A stretch of DNA of 64,000 nucleotides from Thermoplasmata archaeon (lineage in GTDB: Archaea > Thermoplasmatota > Thermoplasmata > Lutacidiplasmatales > UBA184), in the NCBI GenBank assembly GCA_035623855.1, contig DASPSQ010000009.1, positions 26,413 through 90,412 of the forward strand. Direction: 5' to 3'. This document shows positions 1-9,972 of this stretch, piece by piece. A program made the position numbers and the translations under genes. The notes under the pieces are model-generated. The model worked only from the letters and a program-made list of their open reading frames with translations. It was not told the DNA's origin and did no database searches. Position 1 is the first letter of the stretch; each line of letters begins with the position of its first letter.

Positions 1-209
1 TCCACACCCGTCCCGACGGAGGCGATCCGTCCCACCGGTTCGTGGCCGAGGATGCCCGCGGTCCGGTAGTTCCCGCGGGCCTTTTCGAGATCGGTGCCGC
101 AGACGCCGCACTCGGCGAGCGAGACCGTTACCTCACCGGGACCGGCTACAGGCGCGGGCCGGTCCTCGAGCTCGACGGAGCCGCCGGTCGCGAGTCGGCC
201 GAACTTCAT
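1..209 (-). CDS. Zn-dependent alcohol dehydrogenase family protein, N-terminal fragment (rest lies beyond the window edge)
   Basis: Reverse-strand translation from the ATG at 209 reads MKFGRLATGGSVELEDRPAPVAGPGEVTVSLAECGVCGTDLEKARGNYRTAGILGHEPVGRIASVGTGV. The Cys-x-x-Cys..GHE signature matches the MDR/threonine dehydrogenase N-terminus. The ATG overlaps the stop of the next gene (ATGA). Confidence 0.55.
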   Translation of the reverse strand, partial: MKFGRLATGGSVELEDRPAPVAGPGEVTVSLAECGVCGTDLEKARGNYRTAGILGHEPVGRIASVGTGV

Positions 210-1597
210 TCGCGGGCGCGCGCGGCCCCAATTGCGGCGTCGACGATCTCGATCGCCTCGTCGATCTCTTCCCGCCGAACGATCAGAGGCGGGACGTACC
301 GGATGGACGACTTGCCGCACGGGAGGAGGATGAGCCCGCGACGGTACGTCTCCTCGATGACCCGGTCCCGGAACTGGACCGCCGGCTCCTTCGTGCGTCG
401 GTCCTTCACGAACTCGGTGGCGGTCATGAGTCCGAGGCCCCGGACGTCGCCGATCTCGGGGTGCTGGCGAGCGAGCTCGCGCAGCCGGGAGAGGAGGTAG
501 TCCCCCTGCACCCGGGCGTTGTCGAGGAGGCGCTCCTTCTCGATCACGTCGAGGGTTGCCATGGACGCCGCGACGGCAAGGAGGTTCCCACCAAACGTGT
601 TCGAATGCGACCCTTGGACCGTGTAATCCATCGCGTAGGGAAGGATGACCGCGCCCATCGGAAGCCCTCCCCCGAGAGCCTTCGCCATCGTGATGATCTC
701 CGGCACGACGCCGTGGTGTTCGATGGCGAACCACTTGCCCGTCCGGCCCATTCCGGCCTGGACCTCATCGTCGATGAGAAGGATTCCGTACTCATCGAGG
801 ATCGACTTGATCGCCCGGTGCCATCCCGGAGGCGGGACGACGTACCCTCCCTCGCCCATGACGGGCTCCGCGAGGAACGCCGCGACGTCCTCCGGCGGAA
901 TCGAGGTCTGGAAGTAGAGCTCTTTCAGGATCTTCGCGCAGTACAGATCGCAACTTGGGAACTCGAGCTTGTACGGGCATCGGAAGCAGTAGGGTGCAGG
1001 GATGTGCATTCCCCCACCGACGAAGGGAGCGTATCGGGCTCGCTGAATGGGCTTGGACGCCGTCAACGAAAGCGAGCCCATCGTGCGGCCGTGGAACGCG
1101 CCGAGGAGGCCGATGACGATCGGCCGCTGGCGGTTCCACCGAGCGAGCTTCAGCGCCGCCTCGGCGCTCTCGGTGCCGCTGTTCGTGAAGAAGACCTTCT
1201 TTGGAAACTCCCCCGGGGCCAGCTTGGTGAGTCGTTCAGCGAGCCGGATCTGATTCTCGTAGTAGAAATCCGTCCCGGCAAAGTGGGTCAACCGGCCCGC
1301 CTGGTCTCGAATCGCCCGAACGACGTCCGGATGCGCATATCCCACAGATTGCACCGCGACCCCGGAGGCGAAGTCGAGGAGCCGGTTTCCGTCCACGTCG
1401 GTAATCCAGACCCCGCTGCCCGACGCCGCGACGACCGGTGAAGTCTTGGTGGTCGTCATGAGATACTGTCGGTCCAGCCCGACGATCCGTTGGGCATTCG
1501 GACCCGGGATCGGCGTGCGGAGGATTACCCCTCGGCGGGCCGGTTCGTGCAGCTCATCGGGATGTGGGGCAACCGTGGAGGGAGCGGGCTCGCTCAT
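206..1597 (-). CDS. Class III PLP-dependent aminotransferase (acetylornithine / 4-aminobutyrate aminotransferase family)
   Basis: 463-aa ORF with typical class-III motifs (DVDGNRLLDF, FTNSGTEAxEAALKLAR, LIDDEVQAGMGRTG, ITMAKALGGG). Confidence 0.8.
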   Translation of the reverse strand: MSEPAPSTVAPHPDELHEPARRGVILRTPIPGPNAQRIVGLDRQYLMTTTKTSPVVAASGSGVWITDVDGNRLLDFASGVAVQSVGYAHPDVVRAIRDQAGRLTHFAGTDFYYENQIRLAERLTKLAPGEFPKKVFFTNSGTESAEAALKLARWNRQRPIVIGLLGAFHGRTMGSLSLTASKPIQRARYAPFVGGGMHIPAPYCFRCPYKLEFPSCDLYCAKILKELYFQTSIPPEDVAAFLAEPVMGEGGYVVPPPGWHRAIKSILDEYGILLIDDEVQAGMGRTGKWFAIEHHGVVPEIITMAKALGGGLPMGAVILPYAMDYTVQGSHSNTFGGNLLAVAASMATLDVIEKERLLDNARVQGDYLLSRLRELARQHPEIGDVRGLGLMTATEFVKDRRTKEPAVQFRDRVIEETYRRGLILLPCGKSSIRYVPPLIVRREEIDEAIEIVDAAIGAARARE

Positions 1598-2017
1598 GAA
1601 CTCACCGAATTCCCGAGTGCGGCGGAAACGTAAAAGCGTTCACCGCGAGCCCGTCCCTTTCCGCGTCCAATGGAACGACTCCTTTTATGCCGCAATCGCC
1701 GGGTCGAGGTGCGGACATGGAATCCCGACCGGGACCCGCAGGTCTCGACGAACGCGAGGCCGAGCAGATTCACGAGATCGTCCCGGCCCGCGCCGTGCTG
1801 ACCGAGCTCGCCCGGGGGTTTCTTCTCGTCCATGAGACGAACCCCGAGGCCGCGGTCCGGTTTGCCGAGACGTTTCTCCGGGAGCAGTCCGGCCGGCACC
1901 CGGTCGCCCGAGCGGAGGCCGAGCCCCGGCCCAGCCGAGCACGGTTGGTGCTCGGCCGATTCCCGCGAGGCGCCGTAGAGCCCTCGGCATCCCCGAAATC
2001 CCCGGGATCGATCTAGT

Positions 2018-2983
2018 TCACTGGGGCGCGAGCCGTCTTCGGACGGCGAGATAGGCGGCGAAATCCTTCGGAAAGCTCCTCTGCGTCAGGCAAATACGCA
2101 CCCCGGTTGGGTCGCCGAAGAGTGAACCCGGGCAGACAAGGACCGAGGCCGCGAGGCACCTTCGGGCGAGGGTGTCTCCGTCCACGTTCGGCACCCGGTC
2201 GAAGTAGGTCGGTCCGACGGGCGAATGCGCATCGGGAAGCCCGGTCCGGAGCGCGGCCAGGTTGGACCGGACGATCGCCGTCACTTCTCGGCGGATCGTC
2301 GCTCGAGCACCCAGGCACTCTAGGGCGCCCGCAACCGAATACCGAGGGAGCGAGTCGTAGAGTAGCCCGTGAAAACGGCTGAACTTCTCCCGCTCGTCCT
2401 CCGGGGCAACCACCCAGCCGACACGAAGATCGTCCGCCGCGTAGAACTTCGTGAACGTACCGGAGACCCAGCACCCCGGTCGATTGCGGACCGAAAGGGA
2501 AGGTTGCGCCGAGAATTCCCGGAACGTCTCGTCTACCACCCAGTCCTTCGCTCCCTCGATCCAATCCTCGAGCTCGGACCGCGGCCAGAGATCACCCTCG
2601 GGATTGCGCGGCAGACTGGTGATCGCGATCGTGACGCCGCCCGCCTTTTCGGTCGGCACCCAACCGAGGGATCGAGCGGTGTCGAAAATGGGTGGGTACT
2701 CTGGATACCGGACTCGACATCGACGAGACCCGCCGAGTCGGTGACGGGCGAGAAATAGGAGGATGCTCGCGTTCGCCTCCGTCGCCCCTGGGGTGAGAAA
2801 GATACGTCGCGGATCGACTCGATGATCCCGAGCGAGAAGAGCTCGCAAGGAGTCCTCGGAAGCCTCTCGGACCTGCCGACGGGTGGGAAGCGGGTGCCGG
2901 ACCGCCCCCTCCATCCCGCTCGAACCGAGTCGATGGCGACACTCCGAGTGGTCGTCGATCCAGTCCGCGAGAGGGAATCGCAT
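2018..2983 (-). CDS. Class I/II-fold PLP aminotransferase (histidinol-phosphate aminotransferase / CobD-like)
   Basis: 321-aa ORF. It carries an SGTFTKFY motif (PLP-lysine) and a GWVV motif typical of the class I/II fold. Confidence 0.6.
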   Translation of the reverse strand: MRFPLADWIDDHSECRHRLGSSGMEGAVRHPLPTRRQVREASEDSLRALLARDHRVDPRRIFLTPGATEANASILLFLARHRLGGSRRCRVRYPEYPPIFDTARSLGWVPTEKAGGVTIAITSLPRNPEGDLWPRSELEDWIEGAKDWVVDETFREFSAQPSLSVRNRPGCWVSGTFTKFYAADDLRVGWVVAPEDEREKFSRFHGLLYDSLPRYSVAGALECLGARATIRREVTAIVRSNLAALRTGLPDAHSPVGPTYFDRVPNVDGDTLARRCLAASVLVCPGSLFGDPTGVRICLTQRSFPKDFAAYLAVRRRLAPQ

Positions 2984-3103
2984 GAGCCCGTCAAGCCCGA
3001 ATGGTTTAGGAGTTCCCCCCCGTCGCGGCGGTCCGTCCCAACGTCTCGACCGGTCGCCCGTGCAAGCGAATCCTCAAAAGTGAGTTTCGCGCCGTATCAG
3101 GCA

Positions 3104-3547
3104 ATGCGCTCCGGCGAAGCGTCCGCCGCTTCGGTAGAGGTCAGCGCCAATGGGCGGGTCCTCGCGTTGTCAAGCGCCTGGTTCTCCGACGGCGAACGGC
3201 GTCGAAGGGACGCACGTCGCGCGGGGCGATGCGTGGAGTGCGGGTCTCCGCTCGCGAGCCATCGGTCCCCCTACTGTTCCCGACGGTGCCAGTGGAGGTT
3301 CCACGGCCATTACTTCTGGGATTCCGCACGGTCCTACACGATGTTGCGCGACCGGTATACGTGCCAGATCTGCGGACGACGCAAACGGGCCCGTGAGCTC
3401 GATGTCGATCACATCGTCGAGATCGCACGCGGGGGTGCCGCACTCGAGTACTCGAACCTGCAAACGGTCTGCCGAGCGTGTCACCGCTTGAAGACCGCGG
3501 AGTTCCTCCGCGCACAGCGTTCCACCCCGCGGTCTTTGGACGCGTAA
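3104..3547 (+). CDS. HNH endonuclease (standalone)
   Basis: The C-terminal region has paired CxxC zinc knuckles and DHIVEIARGG...N(L)QTVCRACH, the HNH signature. The start is uncertain; in-frame Mets also lie at 2822 and 2930. Confidence 0.6.
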   Translation: MRSGEASAASVEVSANGRVLALSSAWFSDGERRRRDARRAGRCVECGSPLASHRSPYCSRRCQWRFHGHYFWDSARSYTMLRDRYTCQICGRRKRARELDVDHIVEIARGGAALEYSNLQTVCRACHRLKTAEFLRAQRSTPRSLDA

Positions 3548-3604
3548 CCATCGTTCACCGCACCTTCATCTCCCCCGACGGTGCTCGGGATCCGAGGTTC
3601 ACCG

Positions 3605-4252
3605 ATGAAGGTCGGGATTCTCGGAAGTGGAGAGGTGGCCCTTCGGCTCGGCACATCGTTCATGGCGGCGGGACATGACGTCAAGCTCGGCACTCGCCAT
3701 CCGAATCAGCCGCAACTGGTCGAGTGGACGGCGAAGGCGGGACCGAAGGGATCGGTCGGCTCCTTCACCGATGCCGCGACCTTTGGTGAGGTGGTCGTTC
3801 TCGCCACGCAGGGGGTCTCCACTCCGGAGGCGATCCGTGCCGCCGGACTCCTCCCGTTCGACGGGAAAGTGGTCATCGACGCAACGAATCCGCTCGCACC
3901 GGGTCCCGATGGAACTCCCCATCTGGCTCCAGTCGCCGCGGGTTCGAACGGCGAGGCGGTTCAGGCCCTGCTCCCGAAGGCTCGCGTCGTCAAGGCGTTC
4001 AACATCATCGGCAACGCCCACATGTTCCACCCGACGTTTCCCGGCGGCCCACCGGACATGTTCATCTGTGGGAACGATGACGCAGCCAAACGAACCGTCG
4101 AAGGGATCCTTCACGAATTTGGCTGGTCGACCGTGATCGACATCGGCGGGATCGAGGGATCCCGCGAGCTCGAAGCTCTGTGCATTTTGTGGGTAAAGTC
4201 CGCGACGCGCCTCGGGAACTGGGACATCGGCTTCAAGCTCCTCCGAAAATAG
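3605..4252 (+). CDS. NADP oxidoreductase, coenzyme F420-dependent family (NADPH-dependent F420 reductase / Fno-like)
   Basis: MKVGILGSGEVALRLG Rossmann N-terminus. Overall shape matches the npdG/Fno family (~215 aa). Confidence 0.65.
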   Translation: MKVGILGSGEVALRLGTSFMAAGHDVKLGTRHPNQPQLVEWTAKAGPKGSVGSFTDAATFGEVVVLATQGVSTPEAIRAAGLLPFDGKVVIDATNPLAPGPDGTPHLAPVAAGSNGEAVQALLPKARVVKAFNIIGNAHMFHPTFPGGPPDMFICGNDDAAKRTVEGILHEFGWSTVIDIGGIEGSRELEALCILWVKSATRLGNWDIGFKLLRK

Positions 4253-4285
4253 ATCGGACGTCCGCCCGTCCCTCTCGGGCGCGGC

Positions 4286-5479
4286 TCAGTCCAAGACTTG
4301 CCGAGCGAGCTCGTCCGCGGAGAAACCGATTCCGGTCCCGGTGTTGTACAGGAGCACTCTCTCTCCGGTCCGGATCGCCCGCTCCCCGAGGAGTCGGGGA
4401 AGTGCGGCATAGGTTGCCGCCCCCTCCGGCGACGCCGACACTCCGTGATGCCGCGCGAGCATCCGCATCGCCTCCACGATCTCGCGGTCCGTAACCGTCA
4501 CGCCCCCGCCCCTCGTGACCCGCACGGCTTCTAGGACCCGCTCCGACGCGAACGGCGCCGGTACCAAGAGCCCCGGAGCGATCGTGGAGGGCTCGGGCCA
4601 CGGAGTGACCTTCGCGGCCCCATCCGCGAGTGCGCGGACGACCGGGGCACACCCTCGAGGTTGGACCGCGTACAGGCGAGGTACGTGGTCGAGAGCGCCA
4701 AGGGTCCGGAGTTCGGAGAACGCTTTGGCCATCCCCACCAGCCCTGTCCCACCGCCGGTCGGGTAGACGATCGCGTCGGGGAATCGATCCGGGTACGTCT
4801 CCTCGAAGATCTCGAGGCCCATCGTCTTCTTCCCTTCGACGCGGTACGGCTCCCGGAGCGTGGACATGTCGAACGATCCGCGCTCCTTCTCCGCGCGACG
4901 AGCCTCTTCGCCGGCCTCCCGGATGGTTCCCGGGACCTCGGTCACCTCCGCGCCGTACGCTGTACAGGCGATTTGCATCGCACTCGGAGTCCGTTCCGGA
5001 AGGTAGATTCGAGCCCGGAGTCCCGCCCGTGCGGAATATGCAGCCAGCGCCACCCCCGCATTCCCGGCGCTAGGGACGAAGAGGTCCTGCAACCCGAGTT
5101 CCCTCGCACGGGAAACCGCGACGGCCATCCCCCGAGCCTTGAACGAACCGGTGGGTAGCCCGCCATCATCTTTGACAACGATGTCCACCTCCGGCGCGCC
5201 CGCCACCGGGGTCAACGGCAGGATCGACGACCCACCTTCACCAAGAGTGGCGATCGATTCGACTCGACCCACGGGAAGTAGCTCCCGGTACCTCCAGAGC
5301 GACCTCGCCCGCGTCGAGACCTGGTCTCTCCAGCGACGAAGATCGAGGCGACGGAGATCGTATACGGCGAGGAGGGCGTGCCCGCACGTCGGGCACGTCC
5401 CAACGATTCCGGCGGGATCGAACTCCGAGCAGCAGGCACGACACTCGAGCTTTGTAAGAAGGGAGCCGGTCTCACTCAC
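4286..5479 (-). CDS. thrC: Threonine synthase with N-terminal zinc-ribbon
   Basis: 397 aa. N-terminal CxxC...CxxC ribbon, PLP-lysine motif PTGSFKARGM, and a GGGTG loop. Confidence 0.85.
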   Translation of the reverse strand: MSETGSLLTKLECRACCSEFDPAGIVGTCPTCGHALLAVYDLRRLDLRRWRDQVSTRARSLWRYRELLPVGRVESIATLGEGGSSILPLTPVAGAPEVDIVVKDDGGLPTGSFKARGMAVAVSRARELGLQDLFVPSAGNAGVALAAYSARAGLRARIYLPERTPSAMQIACTAYGAEVTEVPGTIREAGEEARRAEKERGSFDMSTLREPYRVEGKKTMGLEIFEETYPDRFPDAIVYPTGGGTGLVGMAKAFSELRTLGALDHVPRLYAVQPRGCAPVVRALADGAAKVTPWPEPSTIAPGLLVPAPFASERVLEAVRVTRGGGVTVTDREIVEAMRMLARHHGVSASPEGAATYAALPRLLGERAIRTGERVLLYNTGTGIGFSADELARQVLD

Positions 5480-5669
5480 AGTGCGGGTCGACCGGCCCTA
5501 AGGCGGATAACCTCTCGCTCGTTTCGGGGCTCGGTCAGGAATGGGAATCGACGAGCCGGTCCCGGATCGAGCGGCCGAACAGAACCATCCCCAATCCTGA
5601 GATCCCGGGCCTGGAAATCTCGTCGAAGGAGCCCGAAACACTGAACGCATTCTCCGCCCTTCGCGTCGT

Positions 5670-6194
5670 ATGCGGGTCTCGGTCTTCGTCGGCACGAGCC
5701 TGGATGGGTTCATCGCTCGAGAGAACGGGAGCCTTGACTTCCTCGAATTGGCGACGGACGAGGACTACGGCTACCAGGCATTCCTGAAATCCGTGGACGC
5801 GGTGATCCTCGGCCGGAAGACGTACGAGACGGTTCTCGCATATCCGGAATGGCCGTATGGAGATCGGCCCGTCGTCGTGATGAGCACGACCCTTCACGAT
5901 GCCCGGGGACCTGAAGGATCCCGATGCGAAATCATGAACCGTACTCCTACCGAGGTTCTTTCTCAGCTCGACCATCGTGGGGCACGCCATGTGTACGTCG
6001 ACGGCGGGTTGACGATCCAGAGGTTCCTGAGGGACGGTCTCGTTCACGATCTCACCATCAACCGGTGCCCCGTTCTCCTCGGCGCGGGCGTCCCGCTCTT
6101 CGGCTCCTTGTTCCGGGATGTCCGATTGCAACACGTCTGGACGCGAACGTTTCCGAGCGGGTTCGTACAATCCGAGTATCGTGTCCTCCCGTGA
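5670..6194 (+). CDS. Dihydrofolate reductase family protein (RibD C-terminal domain)
   Basis: 174 aa. N-terminal MRVSVFVGTSLDGFIAR and central VYVDGG match the RibD_C/DHFR-like family. Confidence 0.7.
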   Translation: MRVSVFVGTSLDGFIARENGSLDFLELATDEDYGYQAFLKSVDAVILGRKTYETVLAYPEWPYGDRPVVVMSTTLHDARGPEGSRCEIMNRTPTEVLSQLDHRGARHVYVDGGLTIQRFLRDGLVHDLTINRCPVLLGAGVPLFGSLFRDVRLQHVWTRTFPSGFVQSEYRVLP

Positions 6195-6319
6195 TGATTC
6201 CCAAAGACGGAACCGCTCCAGATGAGGAGATCGCCCGGTCGAAGAGGGCTCAGCCGGGCGTAGACCGAACAGAGGGCGGGGTCACTTCCGAGGTGATTGG
6301 TACTACCCCCGATGCCGGA

Positions 6320-6392
6320 TGGGCTCGGCCGGATTCGAACCGGCGACCTTCGCTGTGTGAGAGCGACGTCGTAACCGCTGGACCACGAGCCC
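6320..6392 (-). tRNA. tRNA-Val (anticodon CAC)
   Basis: The reverse complement folds as a 73-nt cloverleaf: GGGCUCG acceptor pairs with CGAGCCC, anticodon stem UCGCU/AGCGA, loop CUCACAC, T-arm GCCGG-UUCGAAU-CCGGC, discriminator A. No CCA is encoded. Confidence 0.85.
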
Positions 6393-6429
6393 GACATTCC
6401 GGGGCGAGCCTCCTAGGGGCATAAGTCTT

Positions 6430-7299
6430 CTACAATGGCAGGGCAAGGAGCGCCGGGAGGAGGAGGCCGGCCGCGAGGGTGAGGACGAGGCCGCTCGCGA
6501 GCGAAAGACTCCCCGCGTCAGCGTCCCCGTATCGCGTGACGAAGTAGAGCGTCGTGTCCATCGAGGTCGCTCCACCGAGCGCGGCGAGACCGGGGCCCCG
6601 GAGTCGTCGGCCCACGTAGGGGCTCGCGACCATCGTAAGGTTCTCGCGGAAGAAGTTCGTCAGGAATGCCAGAATGCCGAGGAGGGTACCCGCTCGGGCC
6701 GCGACCAGAGGTCCCGCGAGGGTATACCAGCCGAAGGCGAACGTCGTTGCGAACGACACCGACCACGCTGTGCCCGAGACGAGGGCGAAGGCGATCGCGC
6801 ATCCTGCGGCGGCCGCCACCGCGGAGGTCAGCGGAGCCGCGAGCTGACGAAGGCCGATCCACTGCAACTTGAGGTCGAATCCGACCAGCGCGAGCAGGAC
6901 ATAGAGGGCCCCTGTGATGCCGAGACTGCTTGGGAGGGTCGCGAAGTGGCCCAGCGCGAACCCTGCGAGCAGAGTCGCGATGAGGACGATGCCGAATGGA
7001 ACCCGCTCTCGCGTCCCGACAGGCCTCGCCGATGGGGTTGGTCCCGCCTCCCGGCGGGCGAGAAGGAGGTAGACCCCAGCCGTCGCGCCCAGGAGAGAAA
7101 CGGCCAGCGCGAGCGCGACGGGAACCGAGATCAGGAGCGAGGCGAACGGGACCCCATCCAGCAGGGTGCCGAGGAAAGCCACCAGAACGACGATCGTGAG
7201 TCGAGTGGCACGGCCCACCCACGGGCTGCGCCATCGAACGATCCGGCCCGCCGCAATGCCCGCTCCGAGCGCGACGTAGAGGAAGGGGTCGAACGCCAC
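6430..7299 (-). CDS. LysO/DUF340-family membrane protein (putative lysine exporter)
   Basis: Multi-pass hydrophobic protein (~290 aa) with two similar halves, typical of YbjE/LysO. The start is set at an in-frame GTG so that it does not overlap purA; the start is uncertain. Confidence 0.5.
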   Translation of the reverse strand: MAFDPFLYVALGAGIAAGRIVRWRSPWVGRATRLTIVVLVAFLGTLLDGVPFASLLISVPVALALAVSLLGATAGVYLLLARREAGPTPSARPVGTRERVPFGIVLIATLLAGFALGHFATLPSSLGITGALYVLLALVGFDLKLQWIGLRQLAAPLTSAVAAAAGCAIAFALVSGTAWSVSFATTFAFGWYTLAGPLVAARAGTLLGILAFLTNFFRENLTMVASPYVGRRLRGPGLAALGGATSMDTTLYFVTRYGDADAGSLSLASGLVLTLAAGLLLPALLALPL

Positions 7300-7306
7300 G
7301 AACGCG

Positions 7307-8647
7307 TCAGCCCGACCAGGCCGGGATCCCCGATCGGTCCCTCCGGACGCTCCCGACATCGAGGCGGACGGTCTCGTCCCGGCCTGGGCCGAAGCCGACG
7401 TATTCGACGGCGACCCCGGTCTCCTCCGTGATCCGTCGGAGGTACCGGCGCAGGGTCGCCGGCAGCGCGCGGGCGCCCTCGCGGCGAATCCGCTCCTTCA
7501 GTCGCTCGTGGAACTCGGGCCATCCGGGCATGTGCTCGTAGACCGGTTGCGCCCGGGCGAGGTCGTCCGCCTGGGACGGAAGCATGTCCCGCACGGTGGT
7601 GCCGTCCGGCATCAGATACTGGACGCTGATCGGCACTTCCTCGAGCCCCCCGAGCACGTCGACCTTCGTGATCGCGAGCGAGGTGAACCCGTTGAGTCGC
7701 GTGACGTAGCGCAGGAGCGCGAGGTCAAGCCAGCCGCAGCGGCGCGCGCGACCGGTGGTCGCCCCGCGTTCCCCTCCGACCCGGCGAAGGAATTCTCCGG
7801 CTTCCCCCGTGTCCTCCGTCGGGAACGGACCGGCTCCGACGCGGGTCGCGTACGCCTTCGAGACTCCGATCACCTCGTCAACCTCCGTGGGAGGGATTCC
7901 GCTCCCGATCAGGGCCCCCGCGCTCGTCGGGTGCGAGCTGGTGACGAAAGGGTAGGTACCGAAATCGATGTCGAGAAGGGCGCTCTGCGCGCCTTCCAGA
8001 AGGATGCCCTCGCCCCGGGCGGCTGCATCCCACAGGAGGGGCTCGGTGGGTCGGATGAGCGGGGCGAGCCGGGTCCCGACCTCCGCGAGCTGCGCCGTGA
8101 GCTCCTCGCGAGGTGGAAGCCCGGGGATCTGAGCCTTGGTCGCATACAGGAGCTCGAGCCGGTCGCGCAGCACCGCCGGATGGGTCAGGTCGGAGACCCG
8201 CAATCCCCAGCGGCCCGCTCGGTCCGCGTAGGCCGGTCCGATCCCGCGCCGTGTGGTGCCGAGAGACGCATGAGGGTCCTTCTTCGCCCGGAGGTCATCC
8301 TCCCATGCGTCCTCAATCTCGTGCACCGGGAGGAGCGCGTGAGCGCGGTCGGAGATGACGACCGAGCCACGGAGGAGCCCCCGTTGCTCGAGCTCGCGCA
8401 TCTCCTCCTCGAGTCGGAGGGGTTGAATCACCATCCCGGGGCCGCTGACGCCCGCGACCCCCCGACGCAGGACTCCGCAGGCCAGCTGGTGGAGGACGAC
8501 CGCGCCCTCGGGGAGATGGATCGTATGCCCGGCGTTCGGACCCCCGCCGGTGCGCACGACGTACCGGGCGTCCGCGGCGAGGAAGTCGGTAATCTTTCCC
8601 TTCGCCTCGTCTCCGAATTGGGCCCCGACGACCACACGCACGGACAT
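7307..8647 (-). CDS. purA: Adenylosuccinate synthetase (long, bacterial-type)
   Basis: N-terminus MSVRVVVGAQFGDEAKGKITD, then GPNAGHT and GTTRRGIGPAY motifs. Start taken at MSV, not the upstream in-frame Met of the 479-aa ORF. Confidence 0.85.
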   Translation of the reverse strand: MSVRVVVGAQFGDEAKGKITDFLAADARYVVRTGGGPNAGHTIHLPEGAVVLHQLACGVLRRGVAGVSGPGMVIQPLRLEEEMRELEQRGLLRGSVVISDRAHALLPVHEIEDAWEDDLRAKKDPHASLGTTRRGIGPAYADRAGRWGLRVSDLTHPAVLRDRLELLYATKAQIPGLPPREELTAQLAEVGTRLAPLIRPTEPLLWDAAARGEGILLEGAQSALLDIDFGTYPFVTSSHPTSAGALIGSGIPPTEVDEVIGVSKAYATRVGAGPFPTEDTGEAGEFLRRVGGERGATTGRARRCGWLDLALLRYVTRLNGFTSLAITKVDVLGGLEEVPISVQYLMPDGTTVRDMLPSQADDLARAQPVYEHMPGWPEFHERLKERIRREGARALPATLRRYLRRITEETGVAVEYVGFGPGRDETVRLDVGSVRRDRSGIPAWSG

Positions 8648-8779
8648 GGGACTCGACTCCCAACCTCGAGAGCGACGCCAGATAGATGTCGCTTGTGCTG
8701 GCGCACGTCGTGCGCGTCCGCGGCGTGACGCACCCTCGCACGGCACAACGATAATGAATCCCTCCCCGGTGCTGCGACC

Positions 8780-9922
8780 GTGGTCGCGCGCCGCGTGAGC
8801 TCTATCGAGATTTCGGGCATCCGGAAGATGTTCGAGGCGGCCCCCCCCAACGCGATCAATCTTGGCCTAGGAGAGCCCGACTTCAATCCGCCGAAGGTGG
8901 TGATCGACGCCCTTGCGGAAGCGACTCGTAGTGGCATGAACCACTACGGCCCTTCCGCCGGCCTCCTTCCCCTTCGGGACAAGATCGCCGAGCGGTATTC
9001 GACGAAGGATCCGAAAACCACGCGGGAGAACGTCATCGTCACCTCGGGAGGGTCGGAAGCCCTCATGACGGTCGCGTTGGCATTGTACGATCCCGGGGAC
9101 GAGATCCTGGTTCCGAACCCGGGGTTCGTGCTGTACCCGGCCCATGCGCGGCTCGTCGGGGCTGTTCCCGTCCCGTACAGTCTCCGGGCATCCCGCAGGT
9201 TCGTGCCGGACCTCAACGAGCTCGAGCGGATCGTGACCAAGCGTGCGCGGGCGATCGTCGTCAACAGCCCGTCGAACCCGACCGGCGGAGTGATCCCCGC
9301 CCCGGTGATCGACCAGCTCGTCGAGTTCGCGGATCGCCACGACCTCGCCATCATCTCGGACGAGGTGTACGAGCAGATCGTGTATGACGGGGTCGCTCCG
9401 TCGTTCTGGGGCCGCACCGACCGGGCGGTGATCGTCAACTCATTCTCGAAGACCCTCGCGATGACGGGGTGGAGGATGGGCTTCCTCCTCGCCTCGCGAC
9501 GGCTGGCGCCCGATCTCAACAAGATCCACTACCACATCATGGCGTGCCCGTCGACGCCGCTCCAGTCCGCGGTGCTTGCAGGTCTCGAAGCCGGGGACGA
9601 GGCGACGCGCGCGATGGTTCGGGAGTTCCGTGCCCGGCGCGAGCTCGTCTGCCGACTGCTGGAGCGGGTGCCCGGACTTACCCTCGTGCGACCGGCCGGG
9701 GCGTTCTACGTCTTCCCGTCGTTCACTTGGCCCCGAACGGCCTTCGAGGTCGCCACGGATCTTCTCTCTCGCGGAGTGATCACGACCCCTGGCGACGCGT
9801 TTGGCTCGCTCGGAGCGTCCCACCTGCGCCTCTCGTTTGCGGCCTCTCGAGACGCCCTCCGCCGGGGGATCGAGATCATCCGTGACTACGGCAAGAACGC
9901 CGGACTGCCGGCGCACCGATAA
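8780..9922 (+). CDS. Aspartate/aromatic aminotransferase (class I)
   Basis: 380 aa with NLGLGEPDF, NPSNPTGGV and SFSKTLAMTGWRMG motifs (PLP-lysine). Confidence 0.8.
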   Translation: MVARRVSSIEISGIRKMFEAAPPNAINLGLGEPDFNPPKVVIDALAEATRSGMNHYGPSAGLLPLRDKIAERYSTKDPKTTRENVIVTSGGSEALMTVALALYDPGDEILVPNPGFVLYPAHARLVGAVPVPYSLRASRRFVPDLNELERIVTKRARAIVVNSPSNPTGGVIPAPVIDQLVEFADRHDLAIISDEVYEQIVYDGVAPSFWGRTDRAVIVNSFSKTLAMTGWRMGFLLASRRLAPDLNKIHYHIMACPSTPLQSAVLAGLEAGDEATRAMVREFRARRELVCRLLERVPGLTLVRPAGAFYVFPSFTWPRTAFEVATDLLSRGVITTPGDAFGSLGASHLRLSFAASRDALRRGIEIIRDYGKNAGLPAHR

Positions 9923-9972
9923 CCGCAGCCTCTCGGAGACCCGTGGTCCGGGAGATTCTTCGGGCCAAGTGT

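Noticed and set aside
42-500. 152-aa plus-strand ORF at the left edge
   Set aside because: It overlaps, in antisense, the alcohol-dehydrogenase N-terminal fragment and the aminotransferase 3' end. Its product is low-complexity.
1687-2016. 109-aa ORF between the two aminotransferase genes
   Set aside because: It fills the 420-bp gap in the correct orientation for neither neighbour and has no recognisable motif. It may be a real small protein but is not supportable from sequence alone.
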